Assembly (NCBI GenBank): GCA_963734935.1
Contig: CAVTIO010000003.1
Coordinates: 342,103-406,102, forward strand
Reading direction: 5' to 3'
From: an uncultured Chloroflexia bacterium
Lineage (GTDB): Bacteria; Chloroflexota; Limnocylindria; Limnocylindrales; CSP1-4
Length of the DNA stretch: 64,000 nucleotides
In this document: positions 11,098 to 21,530 of the stretch, piece by piece
Position numbering within the stretch: position 1 is the stretch's first letter
Layout of the letters: each line of letters starts with the position of its first letter
The notes under the pieces: model-generated
What the model saw: the letters and a program-made list of their open reading frames with translations, nothing else
Told to the model about the DNA's origin: nothing
Database searches by the model: none
Translations under genes and position numbers: made by a program

Positions 11098-12093
11098 ATG
11101 GATCGCGAGTTCCGCCGCAGCCGCGGGCGGGGGGTGGGCCTGGTGGTGGCGCTGGCGCTGCTATCGCTGCTCATCGCCGCGTGTGGTGGCGGCGCATCCC
11201 CTACCCCAGTGGCCGCACCCAGCGACCCCACCGCGATCATCGCGCGTGCCGTCGCCGCCCCAATGGACCAGGTCGAGGTCCGGATCGGCATCGAGACCTC
11301 GGGCGGCACGGCCGGCGACATGTCCATCGACCCCGACTCGATCGTGGTCACGGTCGACAGCGCGGCCGGCAAGGGCAGCTTCCACCTCTCACTGCCGAGC
11401 TCGGCGCTCGGCTCCGATGCGTCGATGCTGGGAGCGCTGGGCGCAACCGGTGACACCATCGACCTGGACGTTCTCTATGACGGGCAGGCCCTGTACGCGA
11501 AGAGCCCGCTTGCCGCGTCCCTGCTGCCGCTCCTCCTCGCGCAGTCCGGTCAGACGATCAGCGGTGATCTCACCGGCTGGCTGCGCCTGGGAACCGCGGA
11601 CGACCTTGCGAGCCTTGGCGATACGTTCGGGGCCACGCCGGACGCGTCGGCAGCTCCGTCTCCGCTCGCCGATCTCGATCCAGAGCAGCTCAAGGCCGAT
11701 CTCGAGGCCTCGGGCGTGACGGTCACGTACGCGGGCACCGAGGACCACAATGGCGTGCAGGCCGACCATCTCACGATGACGATCGACGGCCAGAAGCTGG
11801 CCTCCGGACCGCTCGCGAGCGAGCTTCCGAGCGTTGGCGGCGATCAGATCCAGACCCTGGCCGGCAGCGGCACGCTGACGGCTGATGCCTGGTTCGACCA
11901 ATCGACCGGGCGCGTCATGGAGATCGACCTCGCCGCCACCGAGACGGACGGATCGACCATCAACCTCACGATCCTCGTGAGCACGCCGTCGTCCACCTCG
12001 TTCGAGGCGCCATCCAGCTTCACTGACGTACCGATCGCCCCGCTGCTCTCGACGCTGATGCAGACGTTCGGAGGGTCGCTCACCAACCCGTGA
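11098..12093 (+). CDS. Lipoprotein, LppX/LprAFG-like (LolA-fold) candidate
   Basis: RBS AGGAG, lipobox LIAAC, beta-rich body with YAGTEDHNGVQADH and DAWFDQSTG segments. Confidence 0.65.
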   Translation: MDREFRRSRGRGVGLVVALALLSLLIAACGGGASPTPVAAPSDPTAIIARAVAAPMDQVEVRIGIETSGGTAGDMSIDPDSIVVTVDSAAGKGSFHLSLPSSALGSDASMLGALGATGDTIDLDVLYDGQALYAKSPLAASLLPLLLAQSGQTISGDLTGWLRLGTADDLASLGDTFGATPDASAAPSPLADLDPEQLKADLEASGVTVTYAGTEDHNGVQADHLTMTIDGQKLASGPLASELPSVGGDQIQTLAGSGTLTADAWFDQSTGRVMEIDLAATETDGSTINLTILVSTPSSTSFEAPSSFTDVPIAPLLSTLMQTFGGSLTNP

Positions 12094-12158
12094 TCAGGAT
12101 CGGGTCGCATCGCCGGCGTCACCAGGGCGCCGGCGACGACCTGTTCCGAGGCTGCGCG

Positions 12159-13211
12159 TCAGCCGACCGCCGGCACCACTCGTCCGGCAGCATCCAGCGT
12201 GGCCCGCCGCCGCAGGTTCCGCAGCTCCGCGCCGGGTACCTGGTCACGGGCGTGATAGCTCGATCGCACCAGCGGGCCTGATTCGACGTGCCTGAAGCCG
12301 AGCGCCAGCGCCTCGGCCTTCATCTCCGCGAACTCGTCCGGGTGGTAGTAGCGCTCCAGCGGCAGGTGCTGCTCGGTCGGACGCAGGTACTGGCCGATGG
12401 TCAGGATGTCGACGTCGACCTCGCGCAGCGCCTCGAACGCCTCGGTCAGCTCGGCGCGCGTCTCGCCCAGGCCGACCATGAGCGAGCTCTTGGTGTGCGC
12501 CTCCTTGCCGTACTCCCCGGCGTAGGCCTTCGCGCGCCGGAGCACACCCAGCGTGCGGTCCCAGCGAGCCCGCTTGCGAACGGGCTGCTGCAGGCGGCGC
12601 ACAGTCTCGAGGTTGTGGTTGAGGATGTCGGGCCCAGCCTCCATGACCGTGCGCAGCGCCGCCTCCTCCCCGTTGAAGTCGGGGATCAGGACCTCGACGC
12701 CCATCAGTGGGCTGCGGGCGCGAAGCTCACGGATCGTGGCCGCGAACGCGCCGGCACCACCGTCCGGCAAGTCGTCACGCGCGACCGAGGTCACCACCAC
12801 ATGGTCGAGGTTCATCCCGGCCACGGCATCGGCGACCCGCCGCGGCTCGTCGTCGTCGAACCAGGTGGGGCGACCTGTCTTGATCGCGCAGAACCCACAT
12901 GCCCGGGTGCACACGTCGCCCAGGATCATGACCGTGGCGGTGCGCTGCTCCCAGCACTCCCCGATGTTGGGGCACCGGGCCTCCTCGCATACGGTGTTGA
13001 GGTTGAGGCCATGGAGCAGACCCTTGAGGTCATGGAAGTTGTCGCCTGACGGCATCCGGGACCGGATCCAGTCGGGATGGCGTCGAAGCGGCCGCGTGCC
13101 GTCTGCCGCGGGCTCGAGCGGCCCACCGCCGAGGGCGATCGAGATATCGGCCGGCATAGCGCGGTGGTCGTGCCCGGGGTTCGGATCGAGGATCGGCAGC
13201 TCGCGCGCCAT
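12159..13211 (-). CDS. lipA: Lipoyl synthase
   Basis: CEEARCPNIGEC and CTRACGFC cluster motifs; VRSSYHA near C-terminus. Confidence 0.97.
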   Translation of the reverse strand: MARELPILDPNPGHDHRAMPADISIALGGGPLEPAADGTRPLRRHPDWIRSRMPSGDNFHDLKGLLHGLNLNTVCEEARCPNIGECWEQRTATVMILGDVCTRACGFCAIKTGRPTWFDDDEPRRVADAVAGMNLDHVVVTSVARDDLPDGGAGAFAATIRELRARSPLMGVEVLIPDFNGEEAALRTVMEAGPDILNHNLETVRRLQQPVRKRARWDRTLGVLRRAKAYAGEYGKEAHTKSSLMVGLGETRAELTEAFEALREVDVDILTIGQYLRPTEQHLPLERYYHPDEFAEMKAEALALGFRHVESGPLVRSSYHARDQVPGAELRNLRRRATLDAAGRVVPAVG

Positions 13212-13227
13212 CGAAACCGGCCGCCTC

Positions 13228-14637
13228 CTAATAGATGGCCGTGTCCGGCCCGACACCTTCGAGCCAGGCCTTGATGTCGCGCAGGAGCGCGGCGCCGCCC
13301 GCCCCGTCGTTGGCGCGGTGGTCGACCCCGAGAACCATGTTCATGATCGGCCGGATCGCGATCACGTCGCCGTCGGCCGTGGTGACCACCACCGGTCGTT
13401 TGGTGATCGCCTCCATGGTCACGATCCCGACCTCGGGGACGTTGAGGATGGGCATCACCAGGTTGGTGCCCAGGTATCCGGTGTTATCGACCGTGAACGT
13501 CCCGCCGCCGAAGTCGTCGAGCCGGAGCTTGTTGTTCCGTGCCCGCACGGCGACGTCGTTGATGGCCACGTTGAGGCCGTGGATCGAGAGCGTGTCCGCG
13601 TCGCGGATCACGGGGACGATGAGACCGTCATCGACTGCCACCGCGACCCCGATGTTGACCCGGCGCTTGGCCAGCAGTCCCTGCTCCGTCCATTGGGCAT
13701 TGAACCTCGGGTTGCGCTTGAGCGCGTCGGCCGAGGCCTTGACCACGAACGGGACGTAGCTCAGCGACACGCCCTCCTTGGCCTTGTAGGCAGCCTTGGA
13801 TCGCTCCCGGAACGCGACCAGCCGGCTGACGTCGACCTCCATCTGGACGTACGCATGGGGGGCCTCGAGCGCGCGCGTCATCTGGGCCGCGATGCCCTTG
13901 CGCATCTGGGTCATCGGGACGAGCACCTCGTCCGCCCCGGCCGGGAACTCGATCACCGGCGCAGCCTGGCCGGCCGCAGGCTTCGCGGCGGTCGGTGTGG
14001 GGGCCGGTGCGGAAGGAGCCGGCGCAGCCGGCATGGCACCCGTTCGCATCGCCTCCACGACGGCCAGGACGTCCTCGCGGGTGACCCGGCCGCCACCGCC
14101 GGTGCCGGGGACCTGCGACGCGTCGAGCCCATGCTCGCGGAGGAGACGGCGGACGGCCGGTGTCATGCGCGCGTTGGCGTCACCCACCTTCGGCGCGGCA
14201 GGAGCCGATGCGGTGGCAACCGACGACGGCGACGGTGTCGCTGCTGCCGCGACGGATGCGGGCGCCGGGGCCGGGCGCTCGTCGGAGCCGGCCGGGCCAT
14301 GCGCCGCACCGGCAGGAGGCTCGACCATGGTGGCCGTGTCGGTGGCGGCCGCACCTGCGCCGTCGCCTGTCGCCGCGGCCTCCGCCTGTCCTGCCCCGTC
14401 GTCAGCGGTCTCGATCACCGCGATCTCGGCGTTGTTGGGGACGGTGTCCCCCTCCTGGACGAGGATCTCCTTGAGCACGCCGGCGAATGGAGACGGCACC
14501 TCGGCGTTCACCTTGTCGGTGATCACCTCGAGCAGCGGCTCGTACTTCTCGACGGTGTCACCCGGCTGCTTCAGCCAGCGTCCGATCGTGCCTTCGGCCA
14601 CGCTCTCGCCGAGCTGGGGCATCGTCACCTTGGCCAC
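13228..14637 (-). CDS. 2-oxoacid dehydrogenase E2 (dihydrolipoamide acyltransferase)
   Basis: Lipoyl domain MPQLGESV...TDKVNAEVPSP, E3-binding TPAVRRL...GTGGGGRVTREDV, catalytic DHRANDG; GTG start at 14637. Confidence 0.95.
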   Translation of the reverse strand: MAKVTMPQLGESVAEGTIGRWLKQPGDTVEKYEPLLEVITDKVNAEVPSPFAGVLKEILVQEGDTVPNNAEIAVIETADDGAGQAEAAATGDGAGAAATDTATMVEPPAGAAHGPAGSDERPAPAPASVAAAATPSPSSVATASAPAAPKVGDANARMTPAVRRLLREHGLDASQVPGTGGGGRVTREDVLAVVEAMRTGAMPAAPAPSAPAPTPTAAKPAAGQAAPVIEFPAGADEVLVPMTQMRKGIAAQMTRALEAPHAYVQMEVDVSRLVAFRERSKAAYKAKEGVSLSYVPFVVKASADALKRNPRFNAQWTEQGLLAKRRVNIGVAVAVDDGLIVPVIRDADTLSIHGLNVAINDVAVRARNNKLRLDDFGGGTFTVDNTGYLGTNLVMPILNVPEVGIVTMEAITKRPVVVTTADGDVIAIRPIMNMVLGVDHRANDGAGGAALLRDIKAWLEGVGPDTAIY

Positions 14638-14795
14638 TGAGTCCGTTCCTCCGATGGGGCGCTGCGCGAGGCGCATGGGATCGTCGTGCACCTAGTGTTG
14701 CGCATCCCGTCCAACGCTGCCCAGCCACGAGCGGGCCCGCGAGCCTCCGTGTCGCGTCTTCGGTGGGCATGGCGGGAGCGTCAGGCATCGCATCG

Positions 14796-16322
14796 TCACC
14801 AGCCGGACGTCGCGGGCACCACCTCCTCGCGCAGCAGTCGGAGCACCGCATCCGCCTGCTCGAATGCCACCGAGTGCGCCGCGCCGTCGAACGTGACCAG
14901 GTGCTTCTCGGGCGCCCGGAGCCCCTCGAACCAATCGAGCACGAGCGATCGGCGACCGTCGAGCTCGGCCGCGCCGTCGAGGATCCAGACCGGGACGTCG
15001 AGCGTCCGCGCCGTCGCGCGGAAGTCGAGATCGTAGAGCTGCGGGTACATGACGCTGAAGGTATCGACGAGCCCCCTCAGCACGTTCGTCTTCTCGATGA
15101 ACGCGTACTCGCTGCCCAGCATTCCGAACGGATCCAGGCCCGACGCGACGTGACGCTCGCGATACCCCTGGGAGGGTTCGTACGGCTTGTACAGGTACTC
15201 GTACCAGGCGAGCAGGTTCGAGTTCGCCCAGGGAATGTCGCGGTACGGTGGCTCGCCGATCTCGTCCAACTTGGCAGCGAGATCGGTGTCGCCGGTCTGC
15301 GCGGCGTACGCGAGGAGGTCGTCGTAGATCAGGCGATCGCTCTCCGAGACGCTCACCATCTGCCCGCTGCCCAGCCACGCGTGGTACAGGTCCGGGCGGC
15401 GCTGCACGGCGAGCACACCCAGGATCGTGCCCCACGACTCCCCCATCAGCAGGATCTTCGGCTCGTCGAACCGTGCCCGCAGATAGTCCGTGAGCTCGAT
15501 CACGTCCGACACCGCCCGATCGAGCGTCATCGAAGACATCGGATCGATCGCCGGATACGAGCTTCCGTTGCCGCGCTGGTCGAGGTCCACGAACACGAAG
15601 TCATCGAGCCAGGGCTCGCTCAGCGCCCGAGACAGCGCAAGGTCCGACTGGCCGGGCCCGCCCGATAGGTAGAGCAGCACCGGAGCGTCCTGGTTCGCGG
15701 TCCGGATCATGACCGTCTGGTCGGTGCCCCCTAGGCGAACGGTCGTGAGCTCGGCGATGCTGCCCGGTGCCGGTTGACCGTCCGACCCGAGCACCGGCGG
15801 TGTGGACGCAGGCCACGCGACGATCACCACGAGGCCCAGCGCGACAAGCGTCACGATGGAGGACCCGACCGGCGGCCTGCGTGATGGTGACGGGACGCCC
15901 ATCAGACGGCGACCGACGGCGATCCCGCCCAGGACGCCAGCGGTCGCCGACAGCAGGATGAGCACGCCATGGACGCCGCGCGTGACGACGAGCGCGATGA
16001 TCCCGTACACGTTGTCAAGGCGCACGGCGAGCGACGGGGCGACGACGCCCAGCCGCGCGAGCTCGGTGCCGGCGAAGATGCCAACAGCCAGGGCCGGCAG
16101 CGCCCAGCGCGTCCGAGCCACGACCCCTGCCGCGATGCCGCTGGCCGCGGCGAGCAGCATGACAGTGAGCGCCTGGTTGGTGGTCACCGGTCCCCGCGGG
16201 GCGATGACCCCACCGATCATCCCCGCCGTCAGCCCGATCAGGCCGGCCACCACAAGCCTTGCCCAGAAGGGCAGCGACCAAAGCCGCCCGCCCAGCGCCA
16301 TGAGGCGAGAGCCCTGACCCAT
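14796..16322 (-). CDS. Membrane-anchored alpha/beta hydrolase (proline iminopeptidase-like C-terminal domain)
   Basis: Several N-terminal TM segments, then LSGGPG, DQRGNGSS, GESWG and AHSVAFEQ; RBS GGGAGG before ATG 16322. Confidence 0.85.
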   Translation of the reverse strand: MGQGSRLMALGGRLWSLPFWARLVVAGLIGLTAGMIGGVIAPRGPVTTNQALTVMLLAAASGIAAGVVARTRWALPALAVGIFAGTELARLGVVAPSLAVRLDNVYGIIALVVTRGVHGVLILLSATAGVLGGIAVGRRLMGVPSPSRRPPVGSSIVTLVALGLVVIVAWPASTPPVLGSDGQPAPGSIAELTTVRLGGTDQTVMIRTANQDAPVLLYLSGGPGQSDLALSRALSEPWLDDFVFVDLDQRGNGSSYPAIDPMSSMTLDRAVSDVIELTDYLRARFDEPKILLMGESWGTILGVLAVQRRPDLYHAWLGSGQMVSVSESDRLIYDDLLAYAAQTGDTDLAAKLDEIGEPPYRDIPWANSNLLAWYEYLYKPYEPSQGYRERHVASGLDPFGMLGSEYAFIEKTNVLRGLVDTFSVMYPQLYDLDFRATARTLDVPVWILDGAAELDGRRSLVLDWFEGLRAPEKHLVTFDGAAHSVAFEQADAVLRLLREEVVPATSGW

Positions 16323-16491
16323 CGAACCTCCCAGATGTCGGCAACGACCTGCCGTGCGGGAGTCTCGGTCGCGCCGACCACCCACGACGAGGGCCGTCCG
16401 TCGCGCTCGGACGGACGGTGAGGCCCGTCGGCGAGGGTCCGGTGGTCATGGTCCCGCCACCGCCACCCGACCCGGCGTCAGCGGCGGCGTG

Positions 16492-16869
16492 TCAAGCTGG
16501 ACCGGTTGGCTGGCTCCGCCCCGCTTTCATGTACCGCTCGAACGCTCGAGCGACCAGGCCCTCGAGCTCTGCGAGGAGCGGCTCGTTGAGCGTGCGGAAC
16601 GTGAACGTCGCCTTGCCGGTCAGCCGGCGCGTGAGCTCGGGCGAGAGGCCGTCACGGAGGTCGGGCCAGGTGTGGACGGGGAGGAGGTAGAACCCGACAT
16701 GGCGCGCGGCCGGCTTCACGAACCCGAACCACTCGTGCCCCTTCGCCCCTGGCCGCCTAAGCGTCGGGATGCCATAGATCGCGGCCAGCTCCAGCTGACT
16801 GCGGTACGGATCGAGGATGCGCTCGAGCCGGGCCTGCAGCACACCAAGGTCGTTCGCCGGTGCCGTCAT
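16492..16869 (-). CDS. Small DUF1801/YdhG-like protein
   Basis: WFGFVKPAARHVGFYLLPV...LSPELTRRLTGKATFTF pattern; lies in the operon directly after E1 beta. Confidence 0.65.
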   Translation of the reverse strand: MTAPANDLGVLQARLERILDPYRSQLELAAIYGIPTLRRPGAKGHEWFGFVKPAARHVGFYLLPVHTWPDLRDGLSPELTRRLTGKATFTFRTLNEPLLAELEGLVARAFERYMKAGRSQPTGPA

Positions 16870-16894
16870 CGGCGTCAGCGAGCAGGAGGCGCCA

Positions 16895-17878
16895 CTAGTA
16901 CGCCGCCAGCTTCCGGATCGCGTCTGCGATCTTGGCCGGGCTGAGCATGAACCAGTCCTCGAGGGCATGGTTGTAGGGCACACCCGGCACGTCGGGTCCG
17001 GCGATCCGCGACACCGGCCCGTCGAGATAGTCGAACGCCTCGTCGGCGACGATCGCCGCGACCTCCGCGCCATATCCGCCGAACTCGTTGTCCTCGTAGG
17101 CGATCAGGCACTTGCCCGTCTTGCGCACCGAGGAAAGCACCGCCGCCCGATCGAGAGGCCGGAGCGTCCGCAGGTCGAGCACCTCGACATCGATCCCCTC
17201 GCCCGACACGCCCTCGGCAGCCTCGAGCGCGTAGTGCACCATCAGGCCGTAGGCGATGAGCGTGATCTGGCGACCGGGCCGGCGGACCACGGCGCGTCCC
17301 AGCGGCACCGTGTACTCACCGTCCGGGACCTCGCCACGGACGCTCCGGTACATCTTCTTGTGCTCGAAGAACAGCACCGGGTCGTCGTCCCTGATTGCCG
17401 TGCGCAGCAGGCCCTTCGCATCGTGGGGTGTCGAAGGGATGATGACCTTGAGGCCCGGGACGTGGGTGAAGAACGCCTCCACCGATTGGCTGTGATACAG
17501 CGCTCCATGGACCCCGCCCCCGTACGGGGCACGGATGACCATCGGCACCGAGAAGCCGTTGTTCGAGCGATATCGAAGGCGGGCAGCCTCGGACACGATC
17601 TGGTTGAACGCCGGGTGGATGAAGTCGGCGAACTGGATCTCGGCAACGGGACGGAGGCCGTTGACGGCGGCACCGATCGAGGCGCCCACGATCATCGACT
17701 CGGTCAGCGGCGTGTCGATGACCCGGTCATCCCCGAACTCGGTCCAGAGGCCATCGGTGGCCAGGAATACTCCTCCCTTCTTGCCGACGTCCTCGCCCAG
17801 GACCACGACCGTCTCGTCGCGCCGCATCTCCTCGGCAAGCCCATCGCGGATCGCCTCGATGAACGTCCGAACCGCCAT
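16895..17878 (-). CDS. 2-oxoacid (probably branched-chain) dehydrogenase E1 beta subunit
   Basis: GEDVGKKGGVF, DTPLTES, EIQFADF and HSQS motifs. Confidence 0.95.
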   Translation of the reverse strand: MAVRTFIEAIRDGLAEEMRRDETVVVLGEDVGKKGGVFLATDGLWTEFGDDRVIDTPLTESMIVGASIGAAVNGLRPVAEIQFADFIHPAFNQIVSEAARLRYRSNNGFSVPMVIRAPYGGGVHGALYHSQSVEAFFTHVPGLKVIIPSTPHDAKGLLRTAIRDDDPVLFFEHKKMYRSVRGEVPDGEYTVPLGRAVVRRPGRQITLIAYGLMVHYALEAAEGVSGEGIDVEVLDLRTLRPLDRAAVLSSVRKTGKCLIAYEDNEFGGYGAEVAAIVADEAFDYLDGPVSRIAGPDVPGVPYNHALEDWFMLSPAKIADAIRKLAAY

Positions 17879-18972
17879 CAGCCGGCACCCCCATCGACGG
17901 CGGCCTCGGCTCGGCCATCCACGTGCCACGGCGGCACGCTCTCCCCCGGCCAGCGCTCCGCGTACACCCAGTCGAGCGCGGTCGCCGGGTCCGGATCCGG
18001 CTCCGCCTCCGCGAAATCGGTGGCGTCGTCAACCAGGGCCTTGATCTCGGCCCCGATCTCGGCCTCGATCTCGTCCGTGAGCACGTCTGCATCACGCAGC
18101 TGCGCCCGGAAGATCGGCACGGGATCCTGCGCCTTGCCCTGCTCGAGGTCAGACTCTGAGCGGTACTTCGTCTGCTGGTCGTCCGATGAGTGGGCCGTCA
18201 GCCTGGTCACCTTGGCCTCGATCAGCGTCGGGCCCTCGCCGCGTCGCGCGCGGTCGATCGCCTCGCGGCCGACCCGATAGCAGGCCAGCACGTCCGTGCC
18301 GTCAACCACGACGCCCGGGATCCCGTAGCCGGACGCCCGGTCGGCGACGTCGGGCACGGAGAGCTCCTTCTCGGAAGGCACGCTGATCGCATACCCGTTG
18401 TTCTCGACGATGAACACAAACGGCAGGTTGTGGATGGCGGCGAAGTTGAGCGCCTCGTGGACGTCGCCCTGGTTCGAGCTGCCCTCGCCCATGATCGCGA
18501 CCGCGACCTGGTCCAGGTCACGGATCTTGGACGCCAGCGCGATCCCCACCGCGTGCAGGATCTGGGTGGCGACGGGCGACGACACGGACACCAGGTGATT
18601 GCGCACGTGCCCGTAGTGGCCGGGCATCTGGCGACCCCCGGACGACGGATCGACCCCCTTCGCGTACTGGGCCAGCAACAGCTCTCTTGCCGACATCCCG
18701 AACGTCAGGCAGGTGGCGATCGAGCGATAGAAGGGCGCAACCCAGTCGTGCTCACGGCGCAGCGGCCAGGCAAGGCCGACCTGGGCGCCCTCGTGCCCCT
18801 GGCCGCTGATCACGAACGGGATCCGGCCGGCGCGGTTGAGGATCCACATCCGCTCGTCGATCGCCCGTGCGAGCGCGACCGTCCGGTACATCGCGATCAG
18901 GTCGGGGTCGGTCAGCCCGACCGAGGCGGCGAGGGGGCTCGTCGCGGACTCGCCGTGACCGGTAACCGTCAT
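17878..18972 (-). CDS. 2-oxoacid (probably branched-chain) dehydrogenase E1 alpha subunit
   Basis: ThDP motif GEGSSNQGDVHEALN...ENN, GRQMPGH and AHSSDD; resembles Bacillus BkdAA type. Confidence 0.95.
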   Translation of the reverse strand: MTVTGHGESATSPLAASVGLTDPDLIAMYRTVALARAIDERMWILNRAGRIPFVISGQGHEGAQVGLAWPLRREHDWVAPFYRSIATCLTFGMSARELLLAQYAKGVDPSSGGRQMPGHYGHVRNHLVSVSSPVATQILHAVGIALASKIRDLDQVAVAIMGEGSSNQGDVHEALNFAAIHNLPFVFIVENNGYAISVPSEKELSVPDVADRASGYGIPGVVVDGTDVLACYRVGREAIDRARRGEGPTLIEAKVTRLTAHSSDDQQTKYRSESDLEQGKAQDPVPIFRAQLRDADVLTDEIEAEIGAEIKALVDDATDFAEAEPDPDPATALDWVYAERWPGESVPPWHVDGRAEAAVDGGAG

Positions 18973-19023
18973 CGCATCCTCCTTGGCCGTCCGACGTGGT
19001 CTGGCCCCGCTGGACGCCTCCGA

Positions 19024-20466
19024 CTAGAAGTTGATGGAGCGCCCATCAACCGCCATCGCGGTCTCGCCCATGATCTCCGACAGCGTCGGGTGCGCGTGCG
19101 TCGCAGCGCCGATCTCCCAGGCGGTCGCCTCGAGCGTGATCGCGATTGACGCTTCGGCGACGAGGTCCGTCGCGTGCGGGCCGATCAGGTGGACGCCCAG
19201 CGTCTCGTCCGTCTCCGCGTTCGCGATGATCTTGCAGAAGCCCTCGTACTCGCCGCCGATGATCGCCTTGCCCACGGCCTGGAACGGCACCCGGGCGGAC
19301 TTGACCGGTAGCCCGCGTTCCTCGCACTGCTGCTCGGTGAGCCCGATCGACGCGATCTCGGGCCGGCAGTACGTGGCTCGCGGCTGCTTCGTGTAGTCCA
19401 TGGGGTGCACGTCGGGGTCGCCCACGATCGTGTGGACCGCGGTGATCCCCTCGTGGGCCGCGGTGTGCGCGAGCATCAGGCCACCCACGATGTCGCCGAT
19501 CGCATAGAGATGCGGCTCGGCGGTCCGCATGTGGCCGTCGACCTTGACGATGCCCCGATCGACCTCGGCCGCGGTGGTCTCGAGCCCGACGTTCTCAACG
19601 TTGGTTGCTCGCCCGGCGGCCACGAGCAGCATCTCCGCCTGGATCTCGGTGGCCTCCTTGCCCTCGGGCCCGACCGTGATCCGGACGCCGTCATCGCCGG
19701 TCTTGACCGAAGCGGGGTCGAACCGCGCGTTGGTGATGACCTTGATGCCGCGCCGGCTGAAGCTGCGCTCGAGCTCCTTGCTGACGTCCCGATCCTCGAG
19801 CGGCACGATCGCCGGCAGGTACTCGAGCAGCGTCACCGTCGCCCCGAGGTCGTGGTACATGGACGCGAACTCGGCGCCCACGGCACCCGCGCCGATAACG
19901 ATCACGCTGGCCGGCAGCGTATCCATCCGAAGCACATCGTCGGACGTCACGATGCGCTTGCCATCGGGTTCGATGCCGGGCAGCGACTTCACGCGGGAGC
20001 CGGTGGCCAGGACCACGTCGGTGGCGTTGAGCGTGCGCTCGCCTCCCCCGCCCGGGGATCCATCGTCGCCTGCCATCTGGACGTGCACCTTGGTGGCACC
20101 CTCGAGCCGGCCGCGGCCCTGGACCCAGGTCACGTCGTACTTCTTGACCAGGCTCTGGACGCCCTTCCACATGCGGTTGACGACCTGGTCGCGGCGCTTG
20201 GCCATCTGCGCGTAGTCGATCGTGGGCTCGCCGCCCAGCACAAGGCCGAAATCACCGGCGTGCCGAAGACGCTCGTAGAACGATGCGGATTCAAGGAGCG
20301 CCTTGGTGGGGATGCAGCCGCGGTGAAGGCAAGTTCCGCCCAGCTTGTCCTCGTCGACCAGGGCGACCTTGAGGCCCAGCTGCGAGGCGCGGAATGCGGC
20401 GGCGTAGCCACCCGTCCCGGCACCGAGCACGACGAGATCGAAATCATTGGAAGAGCCGACGGCCAT
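19024..20466 (-). CDS. lpdA: Dihydrolipoyl dehydrogenase (E3)
   Basis: GAGTGG, GGTCLHRGCIPTK redox disulfide, GAGAVG and HPTLSE. Confidence 0.97.
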   Translation of the reverse strand: MAVGSSNDFDLVVLGAGTGGYAAAFRASQLGLKVALVDEDKLGGTCLHRGCIPTKALLESASFYERLRHAGDFGLVLGGEPTIDYAQMAKRRDQVVNRMWKGVQSLVKKYDVTWVQGRGRLEGATKVHVQMAGDDGSPGGGGERTLNATDVVLATGSRVKSLPGIEPDGKRIVTSDDVLRMDTLPASVIVIGAGAVGAEFASMYHDLGATVTLLEYLPAIVPLEDRDVSKELERSFSRRGIKVITNARFDPASVKTGDDGVRITVGPEGKEATEIQAEMLLVAAGRATNVENVGLETTAAEVDRGIVKVDGHMRTAEPHLYAIGDIVGGLMLAHTAAHEGITAVHTIVGDPDVHPMDYTKQPRATYCRPEIASIGLTEQQCEERGLPVKSARVPFQAVGKAIIGGEYEGFCKIIANAETDETLGVHLIGPHATDLVAEASIAITLEATAWEIGAATHAHPTLSEIMGETAMAVDGRSINF

Positions 20467-20757
20467 CGGTCAGGAAGTCTCCACTCGAGATGCGCGGCGC
20501 CGCGCATGGATGCGGTATGGGGCCTGGTCCCGTTGGGTGGCCCGGTCGTCGCGAGCGCGGGGCCGACGACGGCGGTGCGCGGCGTGGCGAGTCGGACAGG
20601 ACATCGCGACCGATCCTACTACGGGTCGCTCACGGCCCTTGAGCAATCCGAGGCGGCGGGGTGGTTCGCACGGTGTTCGGCACCTTTGCGTTGTTCGGCG
20701 CCTTAACGTCAGCGACCGGGCCGCGGAGACCCGCGACCCGGCCGGGATCGGTCTGTA

Positions 20758-21147
20758 TCAGCCGCCGCGAACGGTTCGGAAGCAGTCCGAGCAATAGACG
20801 GGCTTGCCATTCGTTGGCCGGAACGGGACGCGTGCCTCCTTGCCGCAGCTGGAGCAGGTCGCGCTGAACATCTCGCGCGGTCCGCTGCTGCGGTTGCCGT
20901 AGCCACCGCCACCGTAGCCGCCGCCGGAATAGCCGCCGCCAGCCGTGTCTCCGGAGTCATAGCCGCCGGAGTATGAGCCGCCGCCGTACCCGCTATCGCC
21001 ACCGGCACGAGCCGCCTTTCGGCTCGCGCGGCAGGAAGCGCAGCGACGGGGTTCCGAGAATCCCTTCTCGGCGTAGAAGGCCTGTTCACGCTCCGTGAAT
21101 TCGAATTCCATTCCGCAGTCGGAACAGGTCAGGGTCTTGTCGGCCAC
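20758..21147 (-). CDS. Double zinc-ribbon (CxxC-x17-CxxC) protein with Gly/Tyr-rich linker
   Basis: DKTLTCSDCG...EPRRCASCR and CSSCG...PVYCSDCF; RBS GGAGGAG before GTG 21147. Confidence 0.9.
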   Translation of the reverse strand: MADKTLTCSDCGMEFEFTEREQAFYAEKGFSEPRRCASCRASRKAARAGGDSGYGGGSYSGGYDSGDTAGGGYSGGGYGGGGYGNRSSGPREMFSATCSSCGKEARVPFRPTNGKPVYCSDCFRTVRGG

Positions 21148-21235
21148 GTGCCGATCTCCTCCAGTTCTCGCCGCCTCTTGCCCGGGTCCTCGAGTTTGGT
21201 GCCGGAGGAGACCAAGTTTCGCGCGTGCGATCAAA

Positions 21236-21280
21236 TGCCATGTGCACGGCGTTCCGTGCCATGTGCACGGCGTTCCGTGC
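21236..21280. repeat. 21-bp direct repeat x2 upstream of zinc-ribbon gene
   Basis: TGCCATGTGCACGGCGTTCCG at 21236 and 21257. Confidence 0.9.
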
Positions 21281-21423
21281 ACGCGCGGAGTGTACGGGCA
21301 ATCCGCAACCGTGGCGATACCTTTTGGTAGCGATTTTCGCTCTATTTCGCGCGATTCCCGTCATTCGCGGTGCCTTCGTGCCCCCGGAGACGTCCGCAGC
21401 CGGCGATTCGAGCGGGCGGATCC

Positions 21424-21491
21424 TGCCGCCGTGCCGCCGTGCCGCCGTGCCGCCGTGCCGCCGTGCCGCCGTGCCGCCGTGCCGCCGTGCC
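21424..21491. repeat. (TGCCGCCG)8.5 intergenic tandem repeat
   Basis: Perfect 8-bp unit read directly. Confidence 0.95.
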
Positions 21492-21530
21492 CTGAAGAGG
21501 CTGATCCCGGGGAGTGCCCCAGGTGAAGGC

